A DNA stretch of 64,000 nt from Candidatus Marinacidobacterales bacterium (GCA_965237955.1 OZ250169.1:5472001-5536000); one strand, 5' to 3'. Counted from the stretch's first letter, positions 28,764-39,922 are shown. The notes: a model not told the origin generated them from the letters alone. Made by a program: numbers and translations.

Positions 28764-29148
28764 TGTACGGGACGGTCACGGTGGATGGAGAATCTTTCCC
28801 GGGTTCATGTCCATACGCCGTCAACCGAACACTCTTGGACGTAACGTCGAAACGGAGATAAATCACGGGCGCGCGTGTCTGTTCGGTATGCGACGCGGTG
28901 TCGCACTCGCTGCACACGAGCTCGCGGTGCTGCTCGAGATCTTCTACGGTCCGACAAAGTTGAGCTAGCTGGCCGAGAACGTCCAGGTTCTCCGGATCCA
29001 CGGCGGCCACCTCGACGAGGTAATCGAAGAGAGTCGTTTCATCGAGGCCGTTGGGAATGGATACCTTGCCGAGCGGGTGGATCGCGCGGAGGTTATGGCC
29101 CTCGATTTCGAGCGCGACTTGGTGTCCGCCCCGATAAAGCTCGAGCAT
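28760..29148 (-). CDS. Hypothetical protein (3' end uncertain, runs into the next gene)
   Basis: Protein-like composition from ATG 29148 including CSEC; no stop before the neighbour. Confidence 0.35.
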
Positions 29149-29388
29149 CCCTGCGTCGATACTGTAAAACAGAGAAAGCGGATCGACGAAAAGCCGTGTT
29201 TGACACGGGTTTTTCGTGCGGGGGGGGGCAGGGGGGGAGAAGTTGTCCGGGGTCCGTACGGCCACCGCTACGGCTTCCGTACGGGAGGGTACAAAAGCGA
29301 AACCGCCGGGCCGGCCAGCCCGACAATGCTGACAACGGCGCTGGCAAAGTGTTTCTCAACAGGTTGCCCGCAGGCGAAAGCTTACGAT

Positions 29389-30483
29389 TTACTTTTCGTA
29401 AGCCTTTACTTTGTGCGTTTGTTTCCCGATCTTTTCGATGTAAGCCTCTACCGTGTCTCCGGGCTTTAAGAAGATCTGCTCGGCGCGGGCACTGCGCGAA
29501 AAACCGGCGCCCCTCGGGCTTCCCGCCGAGATGACATCTCCCGCTTCGAGGGTGAGTCTTTGAGATCCGTACTCGATGAGCTCGTAAATATTGTGGATCA
29601 TGTCGGAGCTGCGGGCGTCCTGCATGACCTGCCCACTGACGGTGAGCGTCTGATGCAGATCCATGACATTCTCGATGAACTCGGCGGGCACGATGTAAGG
29701 TCCCATGGGAGCAAAGGTGTCCTGTCCCTTCCCGACCAGCCAGTCGGAACCGAAACGAGGCTCAGCCTCTCCTCGACCGCCCCTATCGGAAACATCGATC
29801 AGGATAGTGAAGCCGAAGATGTGATCCTTGGCGTCGGCCGCCGTCACAAACCTCGCCGGCTTGCCGATGACGGTGGCAATCTCGCACTCCCAATCGATTT
29901 TGGATCGGCCTCTGGGGACGACGATGGGCTCGCCGTCGGCAATGACCGCGTTGGTGGCGGATTTTATGAACAAGTAAGGAATGCCCCGATCCCTTCGTCG
30001 TGCCTCGGCAATCCTTGCTTGCACTTCAGGGGGGTTGGACTCGCCGGCGTGCCCGTAGTAGTTGGCGGCTGCATTTAGAATCTTGTTGGGATAGAGGATA
30101 GGCGCCAGAGTCTCCACTTCTTCCACCCCATGCACATACCAGGGTCGGTTGCTTGCCTCCAGCAAGTGCTCGCCAATCACGTAATTGGTGATCTGGTAGA
30201 GGCGTTCCTTCAAACCGAGGCGGTAACGACCGGCCAGTTCTTTCATGTCCTCGGCCATGGGAATCTTCACATACAAGGGGCGGCGCTGAAGGTAGTTGTT
30301 GGCGGCTTCGAGCTCGACAACATATTGATCACGCAGAACCAAACCGAGCTTGATCTCTCCTTTGATGTCGAAGGTTCCGAGCTTAAACGACTCCGCCGGC
30401 TGTGTCTCCGCCGCTACCGATTCCATGGCGGCGGCGGAGCATATAAAAACACTCGCGACAAAGATGAATGCTTTTTTCTTCAT
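29389..30483 (-). CDS. Fumarylacetoacetate hydrolase family protein with signal peptide
   Basis: AANYYGH, DWECE, DVSDR, GKGQDTFAPMGP and GDVISAGSP motifs. Confidence 0.9.
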   Translation of the reverse strand: MKKKAFIFVASVFICSAAAMESVAAETQPAESFKLGTFDIKGEIKLGLVLRDQYVVELEAANNYLQRRPLYVKIPMAEDMKELAGRYRLGLKERLYQITNYVIGEHLLEASNRPWYVHGVEEVETLAPILYPNKILNAAANYYGHAGESNPPEVQARIAEARRRDRGIPYLFIKSATNAVIADGEPIVVPRGRSKIDWECEIATVIGKPARFVTAADAKDHIFGFTILIDVSDRGGRGEAEPRFGSDWLVGKGQDTFAPMGPYIVPAEFIENVMDLHQTLTVSGQVMQDARSSDMIHNIYELIEYGSQRLTLEAGDVISAGSPRGAGFSRSARAEQIFLKPGDTVEAYIEKIGKQTHKVKAYEK

Positions 30484-30719
30484 GGGCTCCCTCACACTCA
30501 AAAAAGGTTGTGTCTTTTAATGAATTGCGACTCCGCCTTCGTGCGGCCGCCGGTCGGAGCCTCCTTCCAGCGCGTTCTCCTCGGGAACGATAAAGAACGC
30601 AAGCTGGGAAAGCAACTGCGCAGACAATGAATCCTATGGAGATGACGAGAGCCGCTAGATCCTGACGAGTGGCCGTATCGCACGACGAAACTCGCCACGG
30701 CTCGTCTTTCAGGCGGAAC

Positions 30720-30929
30720 TCCGATATTGTCCGGCTCACGGTCCCGTAACCGACAAGTCGGGACTCGAGCAAACGCTCGCCTATCTCGAGCTCCTTACGA
30801 CGGAAGCACGACGACGTTACGACGCGGGGATGCCGGTCGAAGAGGCCATCGAAGACATCGGTCTCGACCACTACCGCGGCTGGCTCGATGCCGATGAGCC
30901 GCTACAAACGCGCTCTCGCCGCGGCGTGA
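30720..30929 (+). pseudogene. MBL-fold hydrolase C-terminal remnant
   Basis: Manual translation PAHGPVTDKSGLEQTLAYLELLTTEARRRYDAGMPVEEA. Confidence 0.55.
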
Positions 30930-30985
30930 CGAAAACGAACGCTCCTCGGACTTCGAGGCGCGCGTGTTAGGCTACGCTCATTACG

Positions 30986-32494
30986 ATGTCGAAACGACTA
31001 TGGCCCGTTCTCGCCATCGGTGCGTTGGTCGTCGTGCTCCTCGGGCTGACGTGGCTCGGGTCGGCGGACAGCAGCGAGCAGATTCGCCAAGCGAAAGTGA
31101 CGCAGACGGCGGTCATCTTCGTGCTGGCGTCGTGCGTACTGCTCGTTTGGGCCGCGTTTTTCTCGGGCTTGCCGCAGCGCATGCGCCTATGGCTAATAGG
31201 CGGCTTCTTCGTGTTCGTTGCGGCGTTTTTCGTGATGTTCCGATATCGGGGTGTGAGCGGTGACCTCGTTCCCCAGTTCGAGCCGCGTTTCTCGACGGCG
31301 TCCGCGGAACTGGCCGATGTGAACTGGACGTCGCTTCGAGGTGCCGCCGACTACCCGCAATTTCTCGGTGTCGATCGCATCGCTCACGTCGAAGGCGTTC
31401 GCCTCGCGCGTAACTGGTCTCTCGACCCACCGAAGCTCCTTTGGCGCCGGCCGGTTGGACGGGGTTGGTCGGGTTTCGCGGTCTCGGGGAACGCCGCGGT
31501 GACGCACGAGCAACACAGCGCGGAAGAGCGTGTTGTTCGCTACGAGCTTTCGACCGGGCGCGTCGAGTGGGCCTCGCGTGAGGTCGCGCACTATACCAAC
31601 GCACTAGCCGGGGAAGGACCGCGAGCGACTCCCACGATCCACGACGGCCGAGTCTACGCGATGGGGGGAACGGGGCTGCTCACGGTGCTCGACCTCGACT
31701 CGGGCGAGCTTCTCTGGAAACGGGACGTGTTCCGGGACAGTGGCGGCAAAGTGCCGACGTGGGGCAAGAGCGATTCGCCGCTTCTCTTGGACGATGACGA
31801 GCTCGTCGTCGTGGGTGCGGGCTCGGCGCTTTCTGCTTATCGCGCGGAAGACGGGGAGCCGGCTTGGAGTGTCAGTGACGTGTCGCCCGCTTATGGCTCA
31901 CCGCTTCTGACGACGCTCGCGGGCGTCCGGCAGATCGTTTCGTTCAACGCGGACAGTCTTACCGGGCACGATCCCGAAGAGGGGACCGTTCTGTGGAGAG
32001 TTGACTGGCCGCGCCAGCAGCCGAACGTGGCGCAACCTCTGATACTCCCCGGCGACCGCGTTCTCGCGTCGGCGGGATACGGTGTCGGCGCTAGGCTGTT
32101 CCACATCACCGAGGACGGAGCGGAGCTCGTGTGGGAAAGTCTGCGCCTCAAAGCGAAGTTCGCGCACCTCATCTACTACGAAGGCTACGTCTACGGGCTC
32201 GATGATGGCATCCTCGTTTGCCTGGATCCGGAGACCGGTCGAAGAAAGTGGAAGCGCGGGCGGTATGGACACGGGCAGCTATTGCTGGTCGAGGACTTGT
32301 TGCTCGTCCAGGGCGAGCACGGTGACATCATTCTTATAGAGCCTTCACCCGATGAACTTCGCGAGCTCGCTAGGTTCACGGTGATGGACGCCAAGACCTG
32401 GAACACGCCCGCTCTGGCAGGCCGATATCTTCTCGTGAGAAACGATGCGGAAGCGGCGCTCTTCGAGATGCCTGTGGTAACATCCGGACAGTGA
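30986..32494 (+). CDS. PQQ-like beta-propeller repeat membrane protein
   Basis: YPQFLG, LLWRRPVGRGWSGF, GPRATPT and TWNTPALAG; N-terminal TM helices. Confidence 0.88.
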   Translation: MSKRLWPVLAIGALVVVLLGLTWLGSADSSEQIRQAKVTQTAVIFVLASCVLLVWAAFFSGLPQRMRLWLIGGFFVFVAAFFVMFRYRGVSGDLVPQFEPRFSTASAELADVNWTSLRGAADYPQFLGVDRIAHVEGVRLARNWSLDPPKLLWRRPVGRGWSGFAVSGNAAVTHEQHSAEERVVRYELSTGRVEWASREVAHYTNALAGEGPRATPTIHDGRVYAMGGTGLLTVLDLDSGELLWKRDVFRDSGGKVPTWGKSDSPLLLDDDELVVVGAGSALSAYRAEDGEPAWSVSDVSPAYGSPLLTTLAGVRQIVSFNADSLTGHDPEEGTVLWRVDWPRQQPNVAQPLILPGDRVLASAGYGVGARLFHITEDGAELVWESLRLKAKFAHLIYYEGYVYGLDDGILVCLDPETGRRKWKRGRYGHGQLLLVEDLLLVQGEHGDIILIEPSPDELRELARFTVMDAKTWNTPALAGRYLLVRNDAEAALFEMPVVTSGQ

Positions 32495-32724
32495 ATGGTA
32501 GTCCTCTCGCGGCCCTCATCAACGCCTACAGCCTCGTCGTCTTCGTGCGCGTGATCATCAGCTGGATTCAGTTGCCACCGAACAACCCGATCGCGCACTA
32601 TTCGCGGGTGCTGACCGAGCCTGTGCTCGAGCCGATCCGGAAGCTCTTGCCAGCGAGTGGCGGTCTCGACTTCTCGCCTTTGATCCTGTTGCTGTTGCTG
32701 CAGTTTATCGCCAGACGCGTTTAG
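32491..32724 (+). CDS. yggT: YggT family membrane protein
   Basis: RVIISW, LTEPVLEPIRKLLP and LDFSP motifs. Confidence 0.9.
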   Translation: MNGSPLAALINAYSLVVFVRVIISWIQLPPNNPIAHYSRVLTEPVLEPIRKLLPASGGLDFSPLILLLLLQFIARRV

Positions 32725-32752
32725 CGTCCGCTACCTCGGGCTATACTTGGTT

Positions 32753-33627
32753 ATGGCCCAACTCGGGCAGCGGCTCGCGCACAACGCAGTGGGGATTTCT
32801 TCGTCGATTCGAGCTGCATCGACTGCGACATGTGCCGGTGGATGGCACCGGAGACGTTCGTCCAGCGCCGCGGCCAAGCGAGCGTTCATCGGCAACCGTC
32901 GACGGAGGAGCAAACGCATCGAGCGCTCATGGCGCTCCTGTCGTGCCCGACCGCTTCCATTGGCACGGAGACGAAGCACGATGTAACCGCGGCGAGCGCC
33001 GCACTGCCGGACCGGATCGAAGACGGCGTGTACCATTGCGGCTACCACGCGGAGTCGAGCTTTGGCGCGACCAGTTATCTCATTGTCCGCGAAGGAGGCA
33101 ACGTGCTCGTGGACTCACCGCGGTTCACACGTCCGTTGGTGCGCCGCCTCGAAGAGCTAGGCGGTGTACATACGATGTTCCTGACGCATCGGGACGACGT
33201 CGCCGATCACGCGAAGTTCCACGAGCACTTCGGCTGCGAGCGGGTGCTGCACGAAGATGAGATTCGCGGTGGCACGCGCGGTATTGAGCGGCCGATCTCG
33301 GGCTTCGAACCAGTGAAGCTGGATGAGGATTTGCTCGTGGTCCCGACGCCGGGACACACGCTAGGATCGTGCTGTCTGCTGTATCGGGACAAGTTCCTGT
33401 TTACCGGCGATCACATCGCTTGGAGCGAAGCGCGAGGTCACATCTACGGATTTCGCAGCGTGTGCTGGTACGACTGGGATGAGCTGGTCGATTCGACGGA
33501 GAAGCTCAGGCAATACGCCTTCGAATGGATTCTTCCCGGGCACGGCCGCCGGTGTCACTTCTCCATTGAAGACATGGCTGCCGAAATGGCAAAGGCGCTT
33601 CGATGGATGAGCGGCGTTACTGTTTGA
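32753..33627 (+). pseudogene. Ferredoxin-MBL fold fusion protein, frameshift near 32795
   Basis: FFVDSSCIDCDMCR, LTHRDDVADH, TPGHT, FTGDH and LPGHG motifs. Confidence 0.8.
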
Positions 33628-35410
33628 TGATCTCGACCGTCACCATCACATCGCCTTCTTGAATCCGATCGACGTTCTCCATCCCTTCGGTGACACGGGC
33701 GAAGACCGTGTAGTTGTGATCGAGGCGGTAGTTGTCCACGAGGTTGATGAAGATCTGGCTATCGCCGGTATCGCGACCGCGCGTCGAGATACCGAGTGTT
33801 CCGCGCTCGTGTGACAGAAGGCCTACTTCGTCGCGGATATACTCGGGCCGCCCGACGAACTCGTTCGCGCCGGGACTTCCGCCCTGGAGCACGAAGTTCG
33901 GGGCGATGCGATGAAACGTCAAACCGTTGTAGTAACCTGATTCGGCCAGCTTCGCGAACTGTGCCGCGGTTAGCAGTGCCGCTTCCGGCAGCAGCTCAAT
34001 CGTGAACGCCCCCGCTTCTTTCATCGAAATGCGCGCTTTCGCCCCTGCGAGTGAATCGAGAAACTCTTTGGAGGGGAGGGGAGCCGGTGCGAAGCGGAGT
34101 GTTTTGGCTTCTTTGGATGTGATCGTTGCGGCCAATCCTGCGATGAACGGGTCGAAGTCGTCCAGGAGATACTCGAGGTCGGTGGCCCCACCGAATTCCT
34201 GAAGGCGTTCCAGAAGACGCCGCCTCGGGTCGCGCGATGTCGCGCGTTTTTGATGGGTAACGCGACGGAGCGTTTTCTGGAGTGTCGGCACGGCTGACGC
34301 GCCGTCTTCCCAGCCTTCGAGAATTCCAAGCGCTCTCATCATGAGCCCATAGTCGTCGTTCGCGAGTGCTTCGAGCGCGTGGTGTGGTGTCACCAACGCC
34401 TCGCCGATGACGTTCGGGTGCTCGTCGCCGCGAAGTGTCGCGAGTGCGTCGTCATCTTCCAGAATCTTGGCGGCTTTTGCCCCGTAGACGCGCGCTTGCC
34501 AAACCTGGTGATTGTTGAATCGTGGCAGCTCTCGTCGCGCCGCCGCCGGATCGACCTTCGCGAGCGACACCAGCGCCCGCGCGGAGCGGCGCCAGCTTTC
34601 GCTCTCGAGGAGGGGCCGGAGCGTCTCCGCCGCGCAGTTCTCGCCGAGAGAATCGATTGCGAGGAGCACGACGTGCTCGCTTGCGTCGGTTAAGGCTCGC
34701 TCAGCTCGCGCGCACGACGGCGCTGCCCGCAGAGCCGCATACCGCACCATCGGCGACGGGTCGTCCCGCCATTCCCGGAGTCCGAGGATCGCCAGCCGGC
34801 GCACCCTCGGGTCGTCGTCGAGCCACGCCGCTTCGAGCGTTTCGACGTCTCGATCGTCAGCACGGTTGAGTACCAGCAAAGCGAGCTGCCGAATCTTGGT
34901 GGATTCGGACTCACGAACGACTTGACGCAGCGCGAGCCGGGCGTCGATGCTCGGATCGATGTCGCGCGTTCGCAAGTAGATTTCGATCCCTTTGACCGCT
35001 CCCAGACGAACGGCCTCCGCCTCCGAAAGTCCTCGCAACAACATGACCTCACCGGTGTCGGGTAGTCGGCCAAGCGCCTCGAACAACGCGGGACGTACTT
35101 GGGGCACGGTCTCTTTCGCGAGTCGTTCGCTTACGCTGCCGCCGGTCGCTTTCATGTGCGCGAGCGCGTTGGCGGCTTCGATCCGCAGTGCGGAAGCGTC
35201 GGCGTCGAGCAGGGGGACCACGTGCGCGGCCAGCTCGGGGCGCTCGAAACGTCCGAGCGCGCGCACGGCCTGAACCTGGATGTCGGGGTCCGTGCTCGAA
35301 AGCGCTTCGATCAGGCGTTTGGCATCGCCGCGGGCATCTTCGACGGCGAGGAGCTCGTAGTCGAGGTTGAGTTGGAGGAGTAAAGCGAGTGCGACCGGCA
35401 TCAAGAACAT
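33617..35410 (-). CDS. HEAT-repeat/cyclophilin-type peptidyl-prolyl isomerase
   Basis: FHRIAPNFVLQGG, GRDTGDSQIFIN, LDHNYTVF; N-terminal HEAT repeats. Confidence 0.9.
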   Translation of the reverse strand: MFLMPVALALLLQLNLDYELLAVEDARGDAKRLIEALSSTDPDIQVQAVRALGRFERPELAAHVVPLLDADASALRIEAANALAHMKATGGSVSERLAKETVPQVRPALFEALGRLPDTGEVMLLRGLSEAEAVRLGAVKGIEIYLRTRDIDPSIDARLALRQVVRESESTKIRQLALLVLNRADDRDVETLEAAWLDDDPRVRRLAILGLREWRDDPSPMVRYAALRAAPSCARAERALTDASEHVVLLAIDSLGENCAAETLRPLLESESWRRSARALVSLAKVDPAAARRELPRFNNHQVWQARVYGAKAAKILEDDDALATLRGDEHPNVIGEALVTPHHALEALANDDYGLMMRALGILEGWEDGASAVPTLQKTLRRVTHQKRATSRDPRRRLLERLQEFGGATDLEYLLDDFDPFIAGLAATITSKEAKTLRFAPAPLPSKEFLDSLAGAKARISMKEAGAFTIELLPEAALLTAAQFAKLAESGYYNGLTFHRIAPNFVLQGGSPGANEFVGRPEYIRDEVGLLSHERGTLGISTRGRDTGDSQIFINLVDNYRLDHNYTVFARVTEGMENVDRIQEGDVMVTVEIIKQ

Positions 35411-35424
35411 GGCGGGGAGAAACG

Positions 35425-36012
35425 CTATTCTTGCGGGGCTTCCGGAAGCCACCAGCGAGAGATGTCGATCGATACCGTGCTGAATGGCTCGGCCTGAACC
35501 ACGTCGTTATCCACAAACGTATGGAGTAGAGTCCAGGCGCTGTCAGACAGCCGATAAACCTCGAGCGTCTTCGCGATCGGGTTCACGAGCCACAGGTGCA
35601 CTACCTGCTGCCGGGCGTAGATGCGGAGCTTTCGGCCTCGGTCGATTGATTCGGTGCTCGGGGAGATGATCTCACAAGCCCAACCTGGTGCCAGGTCGAA
35701 CCACGGCGCGTCGGGGGGAACTGGGACTCGCTCGCAACGCCAACCGGCGATGTCGGGCACCACGACATCATCCTAGAAATGAAGCTCAGGCTCGTCCAAG
35801 ATCCACCACCCCCCCGGGCGGTCGCCGCCGCCGCTGGGACCGTGAAAGCGGTTCGTGACGTCCGCACCCAGGATGGAGGATGCGTAGGCATGTCGGAGGC
35901 CTGGCCGAGGGCTGGCAAATGGATCGCCATCGAGAATCTCCGCCACGAGATGGTCTGAAACCCCCAGCAGATCCTGGTACGTGGCTGCCTTTCGCGGTGC
36001 CGTCGCACTCAT
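35425..36012 (-). pseudogene. Uma2/DUF820 endonuclease-like protein with in-frame TAG
   Basis: AEILDG..SPRP..H, EPELHF*DDVVVPDIAGWR, CEIISPST. Confidence 0.85.
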
Positions 36013-36462
36013 AACCCCAGCTTAGTATGCGGATTCGTAATTACGGTGACATTCGAACGCCGATCCCGGCTGGCTGCGTTGCTCGACGCCTTCCGCAGCG
36101 AGCCTGTTCGAGCGGAGAGCTAGGCCGCGTCAGCGGCCGAACTGGAAAAATACTCATACATCTAGACTTCTCGCGCCTTGCCAGCCGGACCTCTCAACGT
36201 TCTCGGTACTTCACCGTAAACTATGAACCAGGGCACTTAGGATGATCAACTCGCCGGTTGACACAGGGGCTCGTGGGGTGCCCGGGCGCAGCCCAGTTTA
36301 GGAATCCGCCGTTGAGTCGATCTCGCGACCATGCAGGCAAGTCTCGTGCGCCGAGCTGGGTTCCTTTGTCGTCGTTTGATGGAGCGGCCGCTTTCCCTCT
36401 TCGAGCCAACCGGTTGACGAGAAAACCGAAATCCGCTTTTGGCTGATGCCTTGCAAGGTCCG

Positions 36463-36574
36463 CCCGGACTTCACGATCTCCGGCTGTTCGACGGTCGTGA
36501 TGATCGACCCCGAGACCGGCTCCCGTATCGCCGGAGCCGACCCCCGGCGCGATTGCTACGCGCTGGCCTACTGA
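36463..36574 (+). pseudogene. Gamma-glutamyltransferase C-terminal remnant
   Basis: Manual translation VVMIDPETGSRIAGADPRRDCYALAY*. Confidence 0.65.
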
Positions 36575-36932
36575 GGGGAGGTTTTGACTTTACGGAAAGA
36601 GCAATCCGCCCACTTGTTCGATGCGCCGGTACGAGACGCTCGGAGTGTCACTTCACACCCATGCCCCCGGCGGCAGAGGCGCAGGAACCAGGACAACCCG
36701 CCGTTCGTCTCTGGTCAGCGTGAGATCAACCCGTGACGCTGGCGAAGCTGACTCGCGCGGCGAAGAGGCGGATCACAGCGGACTGGCATGGGGCGCTTCC
36801 TCACCTGGGGATCTTCACCGACATGTGGCACCTAAAGCGAAACGGCCCCGTCATGTGATCGCTCGGACTGTTTCTAGCGGGAATATATAGAACGGGCAGG
36901 TAACGTCCCGTCTCCGGCTGCTTCGACCAGCT

Positions 36933-37337
36933 TCAGGTTGGCGTCGGCAAGACCAGCGAACCGACCCGCGAGATGGAATCGAAGTGATCGTCATACGTCA
37001 GAACCGTCGCCCCTGCGCGAGCCGCTAGCGCTGCAATCCAAACGTCGTTCGTAGGAACCATCGTTCCGGGTGAGCGCAAGTCGACCACGATTTCCGCATA
37101 GATTCGGGCGACGTGGGAATCGACCGACAGCTCTTCGACGACCGGGTTTGCCATGAACTCCTCGAGCTCGAGGGAGTTTTCTTCGCGGCGGCGACCGAGA
37201 ACAAAGCCGGTCCACAATTCACCCACCACGATCGCCGGAAGACCGATCCACTCCGCGCTGTCGATGAGCTCCGTCACCCGTCCGTGGCCTCGTTTGAAAT
37301 TGCTGTACGCCGAGGTGTCAAGACAAAGACGGCTCAT
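36933..37337 (-). CDS. vapC: PIN-domain toxin VapC
   Basis: LDTSAY, VVGEL, PTNDVWIAA and TYDDHF motifs. Confidence 0.92.
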   Translation of the reverse strand: MSRLCLDTSAYSNFKRGHGRVTELIDSAEWIGLPAIVVGELWTGFVLGRRREENSLELEEFMANPVVEELSVDSHVARIYAEIVVDLRSPGTMVPTNDVWIAALAARAGATVLTYDDHFDSISRVGSLVLPTPT

Positions 37338-37582
37338 TGCCAGAGCTCTTCGTCAACCTGCTCGAAAAAAGCCGTCGCTTCTTCGAACTCTCGAAACTCG
37401 TCCTCGGACCAGGTTCCCGCAAGGCTCGAGAGTCCGTTGCTGCGGGCTCCAGGCCCGACGCCGAGACCTTGCCTCAGGAGCTCGAGCACCGTCTTGTTGA
37501 GAGAATCCCCCCGCCGCTGCCGCTCCTTATCCAACGCTCTCGCCAGCTCGGGAGGAATGTTCCTAACCGTTATATTCTTCAA
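37334..37582 (-). CDS. FitA-like RHH antitoxin
   Basis: KNITVRNIPPELARAL..SLNKTV..LAGTWS; TTG start after AAGGGG; ATGA overlap with vapC. Confidence 0.85.
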   Translation of the reverse strand: MKNITVRNIPPELARALDKERQRRGDSLNKTVLELLRQGLGVGPGARSNGLSSLAGTWSEDEFREFEEATAFFEQVDEELWQ

Positions 37583-37607
37583 TAGTTTCCCCTTGTTTGT
37601 ATTCATT

Positions 37608-37637
37608 GAATGCATTCTATAGCATCATATGAATGCA
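37608..37637. promoter_or_regulatory. Inverted-repeat operator of the TA operon
   Basis: TGCATTC-N13-GAATGCA plus the overlapping palindrome GAATGCATTC. Confidence 0.6.
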
Positions 37638-37736
37638 GTCAAAGCCCTGACGTCCTCCCAGCGGACGGATTGCCCCAGGTTTGCCATATTCACGCCCTCT
37701 CCGTGCGGCCAAATAGAACTCGGAAGGAGACGCGGT

Positions 37737-39150
37737 ATGGAATGGCTTCACAACACGGTTCTCGGGAGAGTGGTTCTGCTCGCGGTGTTCGTCCTCTCGC
37801 TGCAGCTTCCGATCCACTGGATCCATGAGCTGGTCGGCGAGCGCGAGGCCAACCGGCACGCGGCCGTAGCGGAGGTGCAAGCTAGCGCGGGCGGTGCGCA
37901 GATGGCGAGTGGGCCGGTGCTGCTGGTGCCGTATCTGCGCTCTCAGTTGGGGTTCTTCGATCCGTCGAGGCCGGCGACGAAGCGGAACTATGCGATCTTG
38001 CGACCGCAAACGCTCGACGTCCGGGGAACGATGTCGCCGTTAGTGAGAACCCGTGGGATCTTCGATGTTCTGCTGTATCGGGCGTCACTACACTTCGATG
38101 CCGTGTTCGCCCGGCCAAACCCCGCGGACCTGGGACTTGCCGATGAGCAGATCATTTGGGAGGAGGAGGTCGTGGCGCTATCGAGCGACGACATCCCCGC
38201 GTCCATCACCGTCGCGGGCGCGAGCGTCACTCTCGAGTCCGGCCAAGTCGAGCCCTACGTGGTGGCGCCCGTGCCGGTGAGAGATTCGCTCTCGGTCGCC
38301 TACGATTTGGAGATCTCGGGAAGCCAAACTTCTTTTCTGGGCGCTCGACAACGTGACGTCGCTCGAGCTCGACTCCGAATGGCCGCATCCGAAGTTCGTC
38401 GGCATCCATCTTCCCGAGAGTCGGGACGTGCGAGCGGACGGATTCACGGCGACGTGGAATTTGGCGCGGCGATTGAGGCCGCGCCTCGAGACCATCGGTG
38501 GCTCTGCCGGGAACGGTGAGCAAGCTGCGTTCGGCGTCGAGCTCCTTCAGCCTGTGGACGCCTATCGCATGACGCGCCGGGCGATGAAGTACGAGTTCTT
38601 GTTTACGGCGTTGACGTTAGGTATCTTTTTTCTTGTCGAGGTCTTCAGCCGGGCCCGCGTCCACATGGTGCAGTACATTCTCGTCGGGAGCGCGCTCGTC
38701 ATGTTCTACTTGTTGATCCTGTCACTGTCCGAGCACTTATCGTTCGCTGTCGCCTATGCGCTCGCTTCGCTCGGTGTCGTTGCCCTCGTTTGGGGATACG
38801 CGCGCGCGGTCTTCGATGAAGCGTCGCAATCAGCCGTCGTCGGCTCGGTGTTGAGCTTGTTGTATGGGTTTCTGTTCGTGCTGCTGGCGGCACAGGACTA
38901 CTCGTTGCTGATGGGCTCGCTCGGCCTGTTTCTCGTACTCGCGAGCGTGATGTTCTTCACGCGGGATGTGGATTGGTATGCGCTCGGGGAGAGGTCGCCC
39001 GCCGAAGGCGGGCGGGTGGGGGGAGCAGCTAACCGGATCCCCAGCAGGCGGGCGGCGTTGTCTCGATACACCTTCTTCAGGATGGGCCGGGATGGGCGCG
39101 ATCGAAGCGATCCCGGGTTTGATCGAGTCCGTCGCCGACGCCACCGGTGA
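37737..39150 (+). pseudogene. creD: Inner membrane protein CreD, frameshift near 38330, 3' end uncertain
   Basis: GPVLLVPY, RGIFDVLLY, WPHPKF, FGVELLQPVDAY, FYLLILSLSEH and TRDVDWY motifs. Confidence 0.8.
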
Positions 39151-39466
39151 GATTCACCATGACATCGACGTTCTTTCTGTCCATCACGCTCAGCAGTTCC
39201 TCGGGATCGCCGAGAAAGTCGACGCGCTCGCCGAAGGGCTCATCATTATTAGAGCCCAGCGGTACCGCCGACCAGGTGACGTGCGTGTGGAAGTCGATGA
39301 CCGGGAACATCGCGCGCTCGACAGAAGTCTCCGGCACCCTGAGCATGGTGCGCGGCTCGAAATCCTCGAGCGTGAGTGCCGTGCTCGGTGGATCCTCGGC
39401 TGGTCGACGGCATGCACCCGTGGCGGCCGCGAGCGCCAGCCACTCGCGACGGTTCCACCTCGTCAT
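39028..39466 (-). pseudogene. Tat amidohydrolase collapsed by an internal deletion
   Basis: RREWL..FPVIDFHTH..FDRAHPG joined out of frame to the terminal ILKKVYRDNAARLLGI. Confidence 0.75.
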
Positions 39467-39490
39467 AAATCCTTCTTGAAGACGCGTGAG

Positions 39491-39922
39491 ATGCTAGTCT
39501 GCGGAGAGGTGGCAGGAGAAGCTTTGCCGTACCGCAACGTGTTTCGGCCCGCGCGGTGGATTCTTGTGTTTCTCGTGGCGTTTCTTGGTTTCACTGGCGC
39601 CGGAGTCGTCTTCCTGTATCGGAGAGAAGGCGTGAGCTGGCTGGCCGCCGGGCTTTCGGTTCTGTCGATGGTGTTCCTCTTCGGCATTGCGGATTGGGTA
39701 GTATCGAAGATCGTGCTCGGCGAAGAAACCCTCGACATCGTCGAACTATTCCGGCGGCGCTCCTACCCTCGATCGGAGCTCGTCTCTGCCAAGGTGGATG
39801 GCGGACACGTATGCTTGGAGCTCAGCCAAGGAGGCTGGGTAACTCTTCCGGACACCGGTGAGAACGCCCTCGGCGTATGCGACTCCGTTCGGGCGTGGCT
39901 GAAGAAGAGGGAGCGCGCATGA
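39491..39922 (+). CDS. Hypothetical two-TM protein (PH-like C-terminal domain)
   Basis: Two hydrophobic helices then a small soluble domain; ATGA overlap with the next gene. Confidence 0.55.
   Translation: MLVCGEVAGEALPYRNVFRPARWILVFLVAFLGFTGAGVVFLYRREGVSWLAAGLSVLSMVFLFGIADWVVSKIVLGEETLDIVELFRRRSYPRSELVSAKVDGGHVCLELSQGGWVTLPDTGENALGVCDSVRAWLKKRERA

Noticed and set aside
29220-29290. G-runs and short TACGG repeats (possible G-quadruplex or operator)
   Set aside because: Homopolymer lengths are unreliable and there is no supporting context
35507-35515. Perfect DnaA box TTATCCACA
   Set aside because: Isolated and inside a coding region
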